Positions 1 through 10,834 of a stretch of 64,000 nt of DNA are shown here, in pieces. Within the stretch, counting starts at the first letter, position 1. Every line of letters starts with the position of its first letter. Made by a program: the position numbers and the translations under genes. This stretch comes from Candidatus Tayloriibacteriota bacterium. GTDB lineage: Bacteria > Patescibacteriota > Minisyncoccia > Phycocordibacterales > PALSA-1337. The notes under the pieces were generated by a model, which was not told the DNA's origin, searched no databases, and saw nothing but the letters and a program-made list of their open reading frames with translations. The DNA lies in assembly GCA_003151615.1 (NCBI GenBank), contig PLXZ01000001.1, forward strand, positions 244,318 through 308,317. Reading direction: 5' to 3'.

Positions 1-212
1 CGCTCAAGAATCAATTTGAACAAGCTTACAATGCCCGTATTCTGAGGAAATTTTCTATCGGGGAATTTTCGGAATGTGTAAAAAAGGACGAAATTGAGTC
101 TTTTTTCAAGTATTTACCCGATTATCGGACAATGCTCGAAAAGTATAATTTTGATCCGGCAGACGAAGAGATGATGCTTACGGCCGTTCTTGGGAAAATA
201 AAACAAAATTAA
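1..212 (+). CDS. 3' end of a gene running in from the left edge, possibly a glycosyltransferase C-terminus
   Basis: Frame 3 is open: LKNQFEQAYNARILRKFSIG...GKIKQN*. The NQFEQxxNA motif resembles GT28-like C-termini. Confidence 0.5.
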   Translation, partial: LKNQFEQAYNARILRKFSIGEFSECVKKDEIESFFKYLPDYRTMLEKYNFDPADEEMMLTAVLGKIKQN

Positions 213-234
213 TTGCAGGTTTTTCAGATTATTT

Positions 235-687
235 TTACAAGTGCTTAAGTTTGTATTTCAATAAAAACAGCCTATAGATGTTCATGCAAAGAAGAAAAAA
301 CGAAAAAGCTATGATTTGTCCGGAAATAACCGAAATCTCCACAGTGTATTTCGAATTCAAAAGATAGTTAGAGATCAAATAGATTGCCGGATCATATACA
401 AGTAAGCCAAAAATTATTGCGGCGGGCGTGAAGTAATTTACATCATTTCTGATTTTTCGTACCTCGAAATCGTTTTCTTTTTTTCTGTGATAGATGCGAG
501 TGGCCAACCAAAATGACGCGCCGCCGCAAAGGGTTGCTAGTACCGCCGAAGCTGAAATGAGTGTGGTATTTTGCGTAAGACTCGCTGTAATCGGTGCAGC
601 GATGTTTGCAAATATAAGAGCTCCGAACTCGCCGAAGAGAATCTCCTTATTGAAATTGAAAGTAGATGGTTGCATATTTATGTTCAT
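235..687 (-). CDS. hypothetical membrane protein
   Basis: 150-aa ORF with about 4 hydrophobic segments. Confidence 0.65.
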   Translation of the reverse strand: MNINMQPSTFNFNKEILFGEFGALIFANIAAPITASLTQNTTLISASAVLATLCGGASFWLATRIYHRKKENDFEVRKIRNDVNYFTPAAIIFGLLVYDPAIYLISNYLLNSKYTVEISVISGQIIAFSFFLLCMNIYRLFLLKYKLKHL

Positions 688-744
688 AAAATCATATCAT
701 GAGATGGTGTTTTCTCATTCTTCATAAATTGCCATACTAATCCC

Positions 745-963
745 ATGGAAACCGAGACTTTCAAGGGAATTCCCGTCAGTATCGAAAGTGCGCTCGCGAG
801 CATCGCCGAAATTCGCCAGCAGATTGCGCTGATGGGCGCGAATGACAGCGAGTTTTTTCTGATCGGACAGATAACGGACAAACTTTCCAAAGGGGAGATT
901 GAACCCGCTGAAGCGGTTGCCGAAGCCCGCTCTATTTTAAACGGCAAACAGGATTACCATTAA
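745..963 (+). CDS. small hypothetical protein
   Basis: 72-aa ATG ORF with natural composition. Confidence 0.55.
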   Translation: METETFKGIPVSIESALASIAEIRQQIALMGANDSEFFLIGQITDKLSKGEIEPAEAVAEARSILNGKQDYH

Positions 964-1062
964 TTCACGATAATTTGACCTTATAATATTTTCCTGTTAG
1001 TGTGGGGTGAGTCGGTTTGAAACAACACTCACAACATTTCCCAGCACACCACATAATTAACT

Positions 1063-1443
1063 ATGAAAAGAATCCTGATCTTGGACAACGAGCCGGATAT
1101 TGTCCGTCTCATAGCGACAATAATAGCGCAGAATTGGACTCACTTTGAAATCACGAAGGAAAATGACTGGACGGAAGCGGTCTCCATCATCGAAGATGTT
1201 CCGCCGTTCGATCTCGTGATCACGGACTTCCGCATGCCGCGCGGCAGGGAAGGGTTGTCGGTCGTCAAGGCCGTCAGGGAACGCTCCAACGCGACAAAAA
1301 TAATTCTCATGTCGAGCGATATTACCCAGCCGGACATGGAGGAAGCGCGGCCGGACAAGTTTCTTCAAAAGGCGTTCACAGTCGGAAGCGTGGTTGCGGC
1401 AATTAAGGAATTGATTCCTGACATCGAAGAGTGTCCGGCCTGA
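1063..1443 (+). CDS. single-domain response regulator (receiver domain)
   Basis: ILILDNEP, DLVITDFRMP, ILMSS and FLQK motifs. Confidence 0.9.
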   Translation: MKRILILDNEPDIVRLIATIIAQNWTHFEITKENDWTEAVSIIEDVPPFDLVITDFRMPRGREGLSVVKAVRERSNATKIILMSSDITQPDMEEARPDKFLQKAFTVGSVVAAIKELIPDIEECPA

Positions 1444-2226
1444 TGCCGTTCATTTTTCCCAACGTTCGCAGTTTTCATGAAAGACGCCATTGCATGTTGA
1501 ATGCGGGGCGTCTTTTTTTTGTCCGCGATACCTGATTTTGCGGGGTGCATAAATCAATTTGCACATTTTTTAATACGGGTGTATCCTCTTTTCAGGTCGC
1601 TCTTCTCATTATCATCACGTCGATGATGTCACCTCAGTTGGTGATAAGCTCCGAGGCAGTCCTCCGGTTTGTAAGAAGGGGACGATCCGTCGTCTGGCGA
1701 ACGACTTCGACACGGTACGGTAAAAACAAAAGGAACAACAGACAATGAAACCAAACTTCACTTCTCCCTGTCACACCCGTGGCCCGACTGTCATGTCCCG
1801 TGCCGCCGCCGTCGGTTCAACCGGCGTCGTTTCGGCCATATAACCGCATCGCGGCGAGGTTGAGCGGACAGTTTGAGATTAGGTCCGCTTGCCTTTCGTT
1901 TTATCCCTCGGTTGCTTTTTGATTACGACGGATGAAAGCCAGCTCACAGAGCAGGGACGATACATTGCGTTTAATGCGTCATCGCTCCTTTCTTCACGCC
2001 ATTTTTAATGACTTATAAACTACACCGCGCCAGCGCGCCCGAACAGGGATGACGCATGGCCGTGCGGTGCAGCCTCAGTATGGCGGGCATATGAAGAAAA
2101 AGAATCTCATGAACACTCCCGGTACGCGGTACCACGATCGGGGGTGTTTTTTTGTATAAATTTGCATAAAAAAATTCCTCCGCCGCGACGGGGGAGGAAA
2201 ATGAGAAATACGGGATTGGCAATTGT

Positions 2227-2685
2227 TCAAACCGTTGCCTGTTCGCTGGCAGTTTGCATTTTGAGGCGCTGGAGGGCCGCATGAATCAGGTTTTTGCGGC
2301 TTGATTTTATCTTTTGGAATGAAACTCCGGCATTTTCTTTTGTGAACAATTTTGTGTCGCGAAGTTTGCGGACTTTCGCGTTGGGACCGAATCCAACCGT
2401 GTTTAATGTCTTGGCTGCGTCGTCGGCACGATGAGCCAGATACAGCTCAATGAGCTCTTCCTCGCTCATTTCAGTGGGTGGTTTTTGTCCCGATCCACGG
2501 TTGCGAAATCCGTATGACATGACGCTTGTCTGAACCCACCAGTATCCGGGCTTGCCGGAAACCGGGCGAATTACCCTCAATGACCGGCCTTCATCCCTGC
2601 AGTAAAATCCTGCCCTGACTTCTATTTCCGGTTCTGCTTCACCGATGTTGCCGTTTCCGTTGTTTGTGCCGTTTGTTGTGCTCAT
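2227..2685 (-). CDS. hypothetical protein
   Basis: 152-aa ATG ORF with no recognised motif. Confidence 0.5.
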   Translation of the reverse strand: MSTTNGTNNGNGNIGEAEPEIEVRAGFYCRDEGRSLRVIRPVSGKPGYWWVQTSVMSYGFRNRGSGQKPPTEMSEEELIELYLAHRADDAAKTLNTVGFGPNAKVRKLRDTKLFTKENAGVSFQKIKSSRKNLIHAALQRLKMQTASEQATV

Positions 2686-2826
2686 AGATGCTGTTGCTGA
2701 ATTGTTGTTGATTTGTTCGCCTGACGATTGGGCGTCAGACGGAAGGACTGTATCGGCAAATACTTTATCATTATATTTAGTTTTTGTCCATTTAACCGTA
2801 ATTGTTCAATGGTGGCGGGCTGGATT

Positions 2827-4143
2827 TTAAAGCTGTTTCGCGAAAAGTTTTATGGAGGAGTACCAGAGTTTGACGATGAAATTTTGCTTGTCCCATTGCA
2901 CCTGCGTTATCTGGTCGGAATTTGAAGCGTCTTGAGCGAAGATGTTTTGAAGTTGTGCCGCCAGCGTCGAATTTTCGATTCCCATAATGTTTTCATCGTT
3001 TAATATTTCCGAGCGGCTGTCGAGATTGGCCGAGCCGATGATTGACCATGCACCGTCGGCTACCATTATTTTTGTATGTATCATTTGCGGTTCGTATTCA
3101 TAGATTTTTACGCCTGCGGCGAGCAATCCGGAATAATCGGAACGCCATGCGTCGCGAAGCAGTACCGAATTTGTTTCGTTGCCGGGCGACATTATTTCAA
3201 CGTCCACACCAGATCGGGCCTTGTTCTCAAGTGCCGCAAGAATGTCCTGATCGGGGATGATGAACGGACTGATTATATAAATGCTTTTTTGCGCGTTCAG
3301 TATCGTGAACAAAAATGTGTCGCGTATCGGTTCGCGATTTTCCGAAGGGATGCTGATGATATGAAGAAATGTATTTGTGGTCGAACTGGTGGCGGAAATT
3401 TCCGGCGCCGCTGAAAGGGGCGGATAGAAAATCGGACCGGCCAGTACTTCGCCCGTCGTTTGATTCCACAATGCGGCAAAGGCGCCCTGCAGACTCTCGG
3501 CCATTTCGTCTTTTACTTCAAACATCGTATCGCTCCAGCCGCTTGCCACGCCGTCGCCGAGCCAGTCGTCGCCGATGCCCATGCCGCCGAGAAAGCCGAT
3601 TTTTCCGTCGATGACAATTGAACGCATATGGTCGCGTTCGTCGTATTGCAGGGGATTGAGGATTGAAAATTGATGATATCGTTCGACCTGTGCTCCGGCT
3701 TTTCGGAGTGAAGCGAGATCGGCGTCGGAAATCGTGTTTCCGCCGAGCGAGTCGATCAGGACGCGGACCGGCACGCCGCGTTGTGCCGCGGAGGTTAGCG
3801 CCGCAATTACTTTACCGCTCATGACGCCGTCGGACCAGGGATATGTCGTAAAATCAATCGAAGACGATGCGTTTTCAATCGCGGTCAAAAGATCCGGCAA
3901 AAATTCCTCGCCTTCCGATATGGGCGTTACCGTTTCGCCCTGTTCGGCCGGAACATTGATGAGCCGGCTCAAGCCCTGTATGAATTGAGGCGAACCGTCG
4001 GCGGTCGGGTTTGGTAAAGTCATACCGGCATTGTTGTGCGGACCCGGCACGAACAATATGTCGATCATGACGAGAATAAAAAGAACGCCAACCATTTGGA
4101 GAAAAATCACGGAAAAAAGCCGGGGAGATTTCATATTTGCCAT
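2827..4143 (-). CDS. cardiolipin synthase-like phospholipase D family protein
   Basis: N-terminal TM; two PLD motifs, DHMRSIVIDG and IHTKIMVADG...GSANLD. Confidence 0.9.
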   Translation of the reverse strand: MANMKSPRLFSVIFLQMVGVLFILVMIDILFVPGPHNNAGMTLPNPTADGSPQFIQGLSRLINVPAEQGETVTPISEGEEFLPDLLTAIENASSSIDFTTYPWSDGVMSGKVIAALTSAAQRGVPVRVLIDSLGGNTISDADLASLRKAGAQVERYHQFSILNPLQYDERDHMRSIVIDGKIGFLGGMGIGDDWLGDGVASGWSDTMFEVKDEMAESLQGAFAALWNQTTGEVLAGPIFYPPLSAAPEISATSSTTNTFLHIISIPSENREPIRDTFLFTILNAQKSIYIISPFIIPDQDILAALENKARSGVDVEIMSPGNETNSVLLRDAWRSDYSGLLAAGVKIYEYEPQMIHTKIMVADGAWSIIGSANLDSRSEILNDENIMGIENSTLAAQLQNIFAQDASNSDQITQVQWDKQNFIVKLWYSSIKLFAKQL

Positions 4144-4180
4144 TTTCGCACTTTTTAGCCCTTTTTGCTACAATGGTCGC

Positions 4181-4750
4181 ATGTTTACCAAAGGAATCTA
4201 TTATAAATTCGGCATAAAAGTTTTTTATCTTTCGCTTCTGCGCGACGGGATTATTTTCCTTCTGGGGCTGGTCATAATTATCATAGCTTCCGCGGCCGTC
4301 GGTTTTTCGCACGGGGGATTTAACATTCTGCTCCCCGGACTCATTCTGCTTCTTCTCTATGCCGTTGGTGCCATTTCAATGGCGAGATACAATTATTCAT
4401 GCCATCAGTTCATGCTTGACGATTATGCGCTTCACATCCGCACCGGCATCATCAACACTTCCGAAATGTCCATTCCGTATCGCCAGATTCAGGACGTCAA
4501 TATCGAGCAAAGTTATATCGAGCGGTCGTTCGGCGTCGCGTCACTTTCCGTTTTGACTTCGGGACATGCCGATGCAGGGTATGCAAAAATCGGCGAAGCA
4601 GGAGTTCCGCAGGAGGAATCCGCGGGTTTTTTCCAGCAAGTCGAACGCGCATACGCCGATGAATTGCAGAAAGTATTGATGCAGGCCTCCAACGTCCAGC
4701 AAGTTGTCAATGCAAATCCCAGTGGTGCAACTCCGGCCGCGAGTGTATAA
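4181..4750 (+). CDS. PH-domain (bPH_2) membrane protein
   Basis: Two TMs, then IRTGII...IPYRQIQDVNIEQSYIERSFGVASL. Confidence 0.85.
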   Translation: MFTKGIYYKFGIKVFYLSLLRDGIIFLLGLVIIIIASAAVGFSHGGFNILLPGLILLLLYAVGAISMARYNYSCHQFMLDDYALHIRTGIINTSEMSIPYRQIQDVNIEQSYIERSFGVASLSVLTSGHADAGYAKIGEAGVPQEESAGFFQQVERAYADELQKVLMQASNVQQVVNANPSGATPAASV

Positions 4751-4772
4751 TGGGAAAACTAGTACAATATAT

Positions 4773-5450
4773 ATGAGTCCAAAATTAAAAAAAATACTTA
4801 CCTGGGGCGGTTTTGTTGTCATCATCGCTCTCCTTGTCTGGGGATTGGTCGCCGCGAATAAAAAAGCGCAGGGAATCACAAATTCAAGCGGGGTACAGGT
4901 TACTCTCGACAATCCCGTAACATCTTCGGACTGGACGATGGGTTCCAGCACCGCGCCGGTGACTTTGGTCGAGTACGGCGATTTCGAGTGTCCTTCCTGC
5001 GCCGCTTTTTCTCCGGTCGTAAAACAACTTCTTTCCGACGAAGGTCCGTCGCGCGTGTATTTTGCCTTCCGAAACTTCCCATTGCCGCAGCATGCCAATG
5101 CGCTTGTTGCAGCGGAGGCCGCCGGAGCGGCGGGTCTGCAGGGTCAATTCTGGGCGATGCATGACTTGCTCTACGCAAACCAGAACGATTGGGTGAATTT
5201 GGGCGATCCAACTTCGGTATTCGAAGGATATGCCGCCAAAATCGGCATCAACACGACGCAATTTTTGAAAGATTTGAAGTCGCCTGATGTATATAACAGA
5301 GTGATTTCGGATTTGAAGGAAGCACAGCAGAACAATCTCGATTACACACCGACCTTCTTCATAAACGGGGTGCGGATCGACAATCCGACAAGCGCCGCAG
5401 GCTTTAAACAATTAATTGACGATGCCGCCTCTTCAACAGCAAGCAAATAA
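4773..5450 (+). CDS. DsbA family thiol-disulfide oxidoreductase
   Basis: EYGDFECPSC, RNFPL and TPTFFING motifs; N-terminal anchor. Confidence 0.92.
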   Translation: MSPKLKKILTWGGFVVIIALLVWGLVAANKKAQGITNSSGVQVTLDNPVTSSDWTMGSSTAPVTLVEYGDFECPSCAAFSPVVKQLLSDEGPSRVYFAFRNFPLPQHANALVAAEAAGAAGLQGQFWAMHDLLYANQNDWVNLGDPTSVFEGYAAKIGINTTQFLKDLKSPDVYNRVISDLKEAQQNNLDYTPTFFINGVRIDNPTSAAGFKQLIDDAASSTASK

Positions 5451-5928
5451 TAATTCGGGCATTGCGCCGATAAAAACGTTCGCTCCGAAATGGGCGACGG
5501 TTCTCATGGTTATTTTTGCTCTCATCGGTTTTGCCGATGCGACATATCTGACGATTGATCATTATCAGAACATTGCCCCGCCGTGTTTCGTTGGCTCATG
5601 CGAGGTGGTGCTTACGAGCGCCTACTCCACCATTGCCGGCATTCCCGTTTCCATTTTTGGGGTCGTCTATTATCTTTTGATTTTAATTTTGCTTTTCGCA
5701 TACATTAATTCATCGCCTGACGCAACGACTGGAAGAAAAAACGAGAAGGCATACAGCCTTGCAATCAAAATTACGCCGGTAGGATTTTTGGCATCGCTCT
5801 ACTTTTTCATAATTCAGGCGTTCGTACTGCATCATTTTTGCCAATACTGTCTGCTGTCAGCGACGACATCAACCGTTCTGTTTATTATCGCTATTTATTT
5901 GTACTTGAAGAGGAAGAAGAGGTCGTAG
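5416..5928 (+). CDS. vitamin K epoxide reductase (VKOR) family protein
   Basis: C..GSCEVVLTSAYS and CQYC motifs; adjacent to DsbA. Confidence 0.9.
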   Translation: MTMPPLQQQANNNSGIAPIKTFAPKWATVLMVIFALIGFADATYLTIDHYQNIAPPCFVGSCEVVLTSAYSTIAGIPVSIFGVVYYLLILILLFAYINSSPDATTGRKNEKAYSLAIKITPVGFLASLYFFIIQAFVLHHFCQYCLLSATTSTVLFIIAIYLYLKRKKRS

Positions 5929-6586
5929 CCTGTAATGCCAACGCCGGCAGTGCGGCTTTTATCTGGTCGATGTTCTGAAAGCCGTCGTAGACTCTTCCGT
6001 TCATGACGAGCGCAGGCAGAACCGAAGGAATATGGTAGAGGGTGATGAGCGTGTTCACCGCGCCGAGTCCGAGATTGTAATCGAACGCATACACGCGCAA
6101 TTCCGGATATTCCTGGCGCAGGGCGGTCAATACGTATCCCTGGTCGGTGCAGTCGGGGCAGTCGCCCTTGTTTGAATAAAAATAAAGTATCGAAGTCGGG
6201 CTCGCATTGCACTTCTGATAAATTTGCTGCATCAGAAGGTAATCCTTTATTTCCAGAAGCGAGTAATTTTCCTTGAGTGACTTCACGTCCGCGCTATTGA
6301 AGCCTTCCTGCGATTCGGCGTAGGAAAGCTTGTCGGCGAGAGTGTTCAATTCATCGGTGAGAATCGATCCGGTGACGATGTCGCATGACGACTGCTCCAG
6401 AAGCTGGTACTGAGCCTCGCTCGACAAAATATCCAATGAAATCTGGTTTTCCGTATCCTGAATGCTGTTTATTTTCGCGTCATTCAAATAGTTGCTCGCC
6501 AGAAAGCCGGTCAGAAAAACCGCGCAGGTAATTGCCAAAACCAGCAAATATTTTTTTGGGTTTATTCCAGGTTCCTTTATCTCCAT
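5891..6586 (-). CDS. membrane-anchored thioredoxin-like protein
   Basis: N-terminal TM; YFYS...CPDC motif. Confidence 0.7.
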   Translation of the reverse strand: MEIKEPGINPKKYLLVLAITCAVFLTGFLASNYLNDAKINSIQDTENQISLDILSSEAQYQLLEQSSCDIVTGSILTDELNTLADKLSYAESQEGFNSADVKSLKENYSLLEIKDYLLMQQIYQKCNASPTSILYFYSNKGDCPDCTDQGYVLTALRQEYPELRVYAFDYNLGLGAVNTLITLYHIPSVLPALVMNGRVYDGFQNIDQIKAALPALALQATTSSSSSSTNK

Positions 6587-7875
6587 GGTGTTTTTCGCGA
6601 AAGAGCGACATTATACACGGCTTTTGACAGCCACAGCGGAGCCAAAAATCCGTAGAACACGACGAAATAAAGCATGTCACGCGACGGTTTCATGCTGCCT
6701 TCCGCGATGTATTTTCCGAACATGACGATGGTCAGGGTTATCGCCACCAAAACGATTGCCAAAATTGTTGTTGTTTGCGTATTGACGAAAAACCAGCTGA
6801 AGTGAAACTGCGGCATGCCGATTCCGACGATTGAAATTTTTTCTATGGTTGCGATGACGGAATTTCCAATGTGATAGACGAAGTCGAGAGCAATGGCAAG
6901 CGAGAGAATCAAACCAACAATGGCTGCCGGCAAAACAAATCTTCCCATGTGCCCGTATTTTTTATTGAAGAAAATGTGCCGGTAGTCGATGGCGTTTTTG
7001 ATGAAGCCGTAGGTCCAGCGTGTGCGCTGTCTGTGGAGTTTCGGAATGGTCTCGGGGGTTTTCGTGAGCACGAATGCGTTGTGGCAGTTGGCGATCCGAT
7101 AGCCGAATGACTGGATGCGGAAGGCAATTTCCATGTCCTCGGTATTATGCGCTTCCTTGAACACGCCGATTTGCTTGAAAACACTCGTGCGGAAAATGGA
7201 GAATGGTCCGGGCGTGACGTAAATCGAGTTGAGCATGCCGAAGACGCGTTTTGTGAAAATGCCGACGTTATATTCCGCGCGCTGGATATATTGAAGAATA
7301 TTTTTCGGTTCATGCACGCGCATTGCCGGCGTCACCGCCATAATTGCCGGATTGTCGAAATACGGAATCATCCGCGCGAGTGCATATTTGTCGACGAATG
7401 AGTCCGCGTCGAGGCATCCGATGAATTGCGTACCATTTTGTTGCGCGATTGCGATGCCGCGATTGAGCGCCGTGTACTTTCCGCCGTTTTTTTGCGTAAC
7501 GACTTCGATTCGGGCGAGGCCTTCTTGCTTGTTCAGTCGCGCGGCCGCCTGTGTCGCAACCGCAAACGTTTCGTCTTTGCTTCCGTCATCAACGACCAGC
7601 ACCGAAAGTTTTTCTTTTGGATACTCCAAATTAAGAAGCGAAATCAAAGTGTTTTCAACGGTTTTTGATTCATTCCAGCAGGGAACGACGATGGAAACAG
7701 TTGGGGCCGCAGCGAGCGATGCAGTTTTTGAATCAGCTGTGAGATTTTTATTTCCAGCCTTTTTCCCCGCAGTTTTTTCTTTTTGTTGCGCCTTGAAAAA
7801 GGTGACCAGCAGGAAAATCTGGAAATAGAGGCCGCAAAAGATGCTCGTATAGAGAAGTAGCGATGAAAAATTCAT
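6577..7875 (-). CDS. processive glycosyltransferase family 2
   Basis: VVDDGS, LDADS, TEDM and QRTRW motifs; TMs. Confidence 0.92.
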   Translation of the reverse strand: MNFSSLLLYTSIFCGLYFQIFLLVTFFKAQQKEKTAGKKAGNKNLTADSKTASLAAAPTVSIVVPCWNESKTVENTLISLLNLEYPKEKLSVLVVDDGSKDETFAVATQAAARLNKQEGLARIEVVTQKNGGKYTALNRGIAIAQQNGTQFIGCLDADSFVDKYALARMIPYFDNPAIMAVTPAMRVHEPKNILQYIQRAEYNVGIFTKRVFGMLNSIYVTPGPFSIFRTSVFKQIGVFKEAHNTEDMEIAFRIQSFGYRIANCHNAFVLTKTPETIPKLHRQRTRWTYGFIKNAIDYRHIFFNKKYGHMGRFVLPAAIVGLILSLAIALDFVYHIGNSVIATIEKISIVGIGMPQFHFSWFFVNTQTTTILAIVLVAITLTIVMFGKYIAEGSMKPSRDMLYFVVFYGFLAPLWLSKAVYNVALSRKTPWR

Positions 7876-7954
7876 AAAAACGCCCAAAAGGCAGGAATGT
7901 AGCTAAGATAATAGCTTATATGGCCCAATATGGCAAACGTGCTATACTCACGAA

Positions 7955-8887
7955 ATGAACGCGGAAATGGCGAAAAATGACCCGAAAATGGGCGAAAAAA
8001 CCGGCTACGAGTTGATAGATTCGGGCGACAGCGAAAAACTGGAGCGTTTTGGCGACGTCGTTTTGTCGCGCCCCGATCCGCAGGCCCTCTGGCCGAAGCG
8101 GTTGCCGGAAAGCGTCTGGGCTGACGCAGACGGAATCTTTTTCCGAAAAGCGAAGGACGGCGAGTGGCGTTTTACGAATTTAAACAAAGACTATAAAAAG
8201 TGGCCGATTAATTTTTCCGGTTTGAAATTTTGGATCAAGCCCACGCCATTCAAGCATGTCGGTTTGTTTCCGGAACAGGCATCGAATTGGGATTGGTTGC
8301 GTGCGAAAATTTCCGCGGCAAAAATTGCGGATTCAAAAAATGCTGCAAATGACATCGAAGTTTTGAATTTATTCGGCTACACCGGCGGGGCGACTCTCGC
8401 GTGCGCACAGGCCGGAGCAAAAGTCGTGCATGTCGACGGTTCGAAATCGGCGATTGGGTGGGCGCGCGAAAATGCGGAGCTTTCGGGGCTTGCCGACAAG
8501 CCGGTCCGCTGGATTTTGGACGATGCTCGCGCATTCGTGACCCGCGAAATAAAGCGCGGACGTTTATACGACGGCATCATCATGGACCCGCCGGCATTCG
8601 GCCATGGCGCGGAGAAAGAAGTTTGGAAAATCGAAGAGGACTTATTGCCGCTCGTCGCCGACTGCATGAAAATTTTGAAGTCGAAGACTGCCGAATCGGC
8701 CGGTCCGCTTTTCTTTTTAATGAACGGTTACTCGGCCGGCTATTCTTCGACCGCATACGGAAATAATTTGGCGCCGCTCACGGAAAAATTTGGCGGCACA
8801 ATCGAAACGGGGGAACTGACGATGAAAGAATCAAATAATGGCCGACTCCTTCCGGCCGGAATCTTTGCGCGATGGTCGCGAAATTAA
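7955..8887 (+). CDS. class I SAM-dependent methyltransferase (RlmI/K-like)
   Basis: VLNLFGYTGG and IMDPPAFG motifs. Confidence 0.88.
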   Translation: MNAEMAKNDPKMGEKTGYELIDSGDSEKLERFGDVVLSRPDPQALWPKRLPESVWADADGIFFRKAKDGEWRFTNLNKDYKKWPINFSGLKFWIKPTPFKHVGLFPEQASNWDWLRAKISAAKIADSKNAANDIEVLNLFGYTGGATLACAQAGAKVVHVDGSKSAIGWARENAELSGLADKPVRWILDDARAFVTREIKRGRLYDGIIMDPPAFGHGAEKEVWKIEEDLLPLVADCMKILKSKTAESAGPLFFLMNGYSAGYSSTAYGNNLAPLTEKFGGTIETGELTMKESNNGRLLPAGIFARWSRN

Positions 8888-8908
8888 ATCGATCGCATAC
8901 ATATATAC

Positions 8909-9625
8909 ATGCCCATAACTCCGAAACCCCACATTTTATACGAAGACAATCACATCATCGCCGTCGAAAAGCCGTCGGGCGTTTTGATTGATGACTTGAT
9001 GGAACAGACGAAGCAATTTTTGAAGGAAAAATATGCGAAGCCCGGCAATGTTTTTCTCGGCATGGTGCACCAGCTCGACCGGCCTGTTTCCGGCATCGTC
9101 TTGTTCGGAAAAACGTCGAAAGGCGCAGCCCGCCTCTCCGAACAATTCCGCGACCGCGAAGCCGCGAAAATATATCACGCATGGGTCGAGGGCGACGTCA
9201 AAGGCCCCGGCAAAATTAGCAACTATTTGAAAAAAGACGAAAACCGCCGCAAGGCTTTCATATATAGTGAAGAAGTCCGCGACTCAAAATTGGCCGAGCT
9301 CGAATACAGCGTAGTTGCAAAAAAAATGATCGAGGCGGGTCCGTCCGCACCGGCGCAGATGATAACTTTATTGAAGGTCAAGCTCAAAACCGGCCGCTTT
9401 CATCAAATCCGCGCCCAGCTCGGCCGCAAAGGCCATCCTGTTTTAGGCGACGTCAAATACGGCTCGAAAATTACGTTTCCCGATTCGCATATCGCGCTCT
9501 CCGCCACTTCAATAACTTTCAAAACCGCAACCGGAGCAAACCTCAGCGAAATCGCCGAAGGCATTCGCAGTGAAGGTGAGTCGAAGACGCTGACGATTCC
9601 TCCCTTGGAAATGCCGGTGTTGTGA
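8909..9625 (+). CDS. RluA family pseudouridine synthase
   Basis: HQLDRPVSG, TGRFHQIR and GDVKYG motifs. Confidence 0.92.
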   Translation: MPITPKPHILYEDNHIIAVEKPSGVLIDDLMEQTKQFLKEKYAKPGNVFLGMVHQLDRPVSGIVLFGKTSKGAARLSEQFRDREAAKIYHAWVEGDVKGPGKISNYLKKDENRRKAFIYSEEVRDSKLAELEYSVVAKKMIEAGPSAPAQMITLLKVKLKTGRFHQIRAQLGRKGHPVLGDVKYGSKITFPDSHIALSATSITFKTATGANLSEIAEGIRSEGESKTLTIPPLEMPVL

Positions 9626-9637
9626 TAGAATTTATCC

Positions 9638-9871
9638 ATGATTTATAAAAAGATAATAGCGACTGCCATCGGTATTTCGGGCATTATTGGACTTGTATCC
9701 ATGTTCGTATCTTTACCTGCTCAAGTAGTTTTTTGGACGACCGTAGTTTTCATATTAAGTATTTGTCTGTTGGGTATCATTGAAACGATGCAAATGAGAA
9801 AATATTTAATTTTGATATTACTTCTCCTAATCGCAGTTATATTTATTCTTGGCTTTGCTTCCTATAAGTAA
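9638..9871 (+). CDS. small membrane protein
   Basis: 77 aa with 3 hydrophobic segments. Confidence 0.55.
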   Translation: MIYKKIIATAIGISGIIGLVSMFVSLPAQVVFWTTVVFILSICLLGIIETMQMRKYLILILLLLIAVIFILGFASYK

Positions 9872-9931
9872 AGACTTTAATTACGCATATTCCCAATAGC
9901 ATGCTTGTTTGCCGCATGTTACCCTATACCC

Positions 9932-10798
9932 ATGTTAATTCTCGACGGAAAAAAGGCGCGGGCGGAAATAAAGAAAGCCCTTGTCGAAAGGGTGAAGGAG
10001 CTTTCGGTACAGCCACATTTGGTTATTGTTCAAGTGGGTGCGCGCAGCGATTCCGATTCATATATTAATGCGAAGAAAAAATTTGCGGCGGAAATCGGCG
10101 TGCTCGAAACCCATATCACATTGCCGGAGGGAAGCACACAAAACGAAATTCTCCGAACCATCAAAAATGCCAATGCCGATGCATCGGTTCATGGAATCAT
10201 CGTGCAATTGCCGCTTCCTCTTTCGATTGATCCTGAGACGATCATAAATGCAATTGACCCGGAAAAAGACGTCGATGGTTTGGCTGCCGAAAATGTGAAA
10301 AAATGGACTGATGGTCGTGAGGACGCGATCTGGCCGGCGACGACGCGCGGCATCCGTGAACTTCTGAAATTTTACGGCATTTCACTTAATGGAAAAAAAG
10401 TGGCGATGCTCGGCAGGTCGTCTCTCGTTGGCAAACCGACTGCGGCCATGTGCGAAGCGGCAAATGCGACGGTTACTGTATGCCACAGCAAAACGCCAAA
10501 TACTGCCGAAATTACGAAAGCTTCGGACATTATTATTGTCGCAATCGGTAAGCCGCGCCTTATTACTGCGTCATACGTGAACGCGGGTGCGGCGAAGAAG
10601 TCGGAGCAGGTCATCGTCGACGTCGGCACGACTTCGATCGACGGAAAGCTGGTAGGGGATGTCGATTATGAATCGGTCGCGCCGCTCCTCGGTGAAAAGG
10701 GAGCAATCACGCCCGTTCCTGGCGGTGTCGGCCAAATGACGGTGCTCGCCCTTTTTGAAAACCTCGTCGACGCGTGTTATAATCAAGAAAATGATTAG
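9932..10798 (+). CDS. folD: methylenetetrahydrofolate dehydrogenase/cyclohydrolase
   Basis: GIIVQLPLP, KDVDG, GRSSLVGKP and TPVPGGVG motifs. Confidence 0.95.
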   Translation: MLILDGKKARAEIKKALVERVKELSVQPHLVIVQVGARSDSDSYINAKKKFAAEIGVLETHITLPEGSTQNEILRTIKNANADASVHGIIVQLPLPLSIDPETIINAIDPEKDVDGLAAENVKKWTDGREDAIWPATTRGIRELLKFYGISLNGKKVAMLGRSSLVGKPTAAMCEAANATVTVCHSKTPNTAEITKASDIIIVAIGKPRLITASYVNAGAAKKSEQVIVDVGTTSIDGKLVGDVDYESVAPLLGEKGAITPVPGGVGQMTVLALFENLVDACYNQEND

Positions 10799-10834
10799 TA
10801 TTTGGCAGTAATTTTTATCAATAATCTAACACAT

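Noticed and set aside
2827-4143. Inactive phospholipase D because the first HKD motif reads HMRxxxxD
   Set aside because: It is a single conservative K-to-R change in an otherwise intact ORF, so the effect cannot be judged from sequence.
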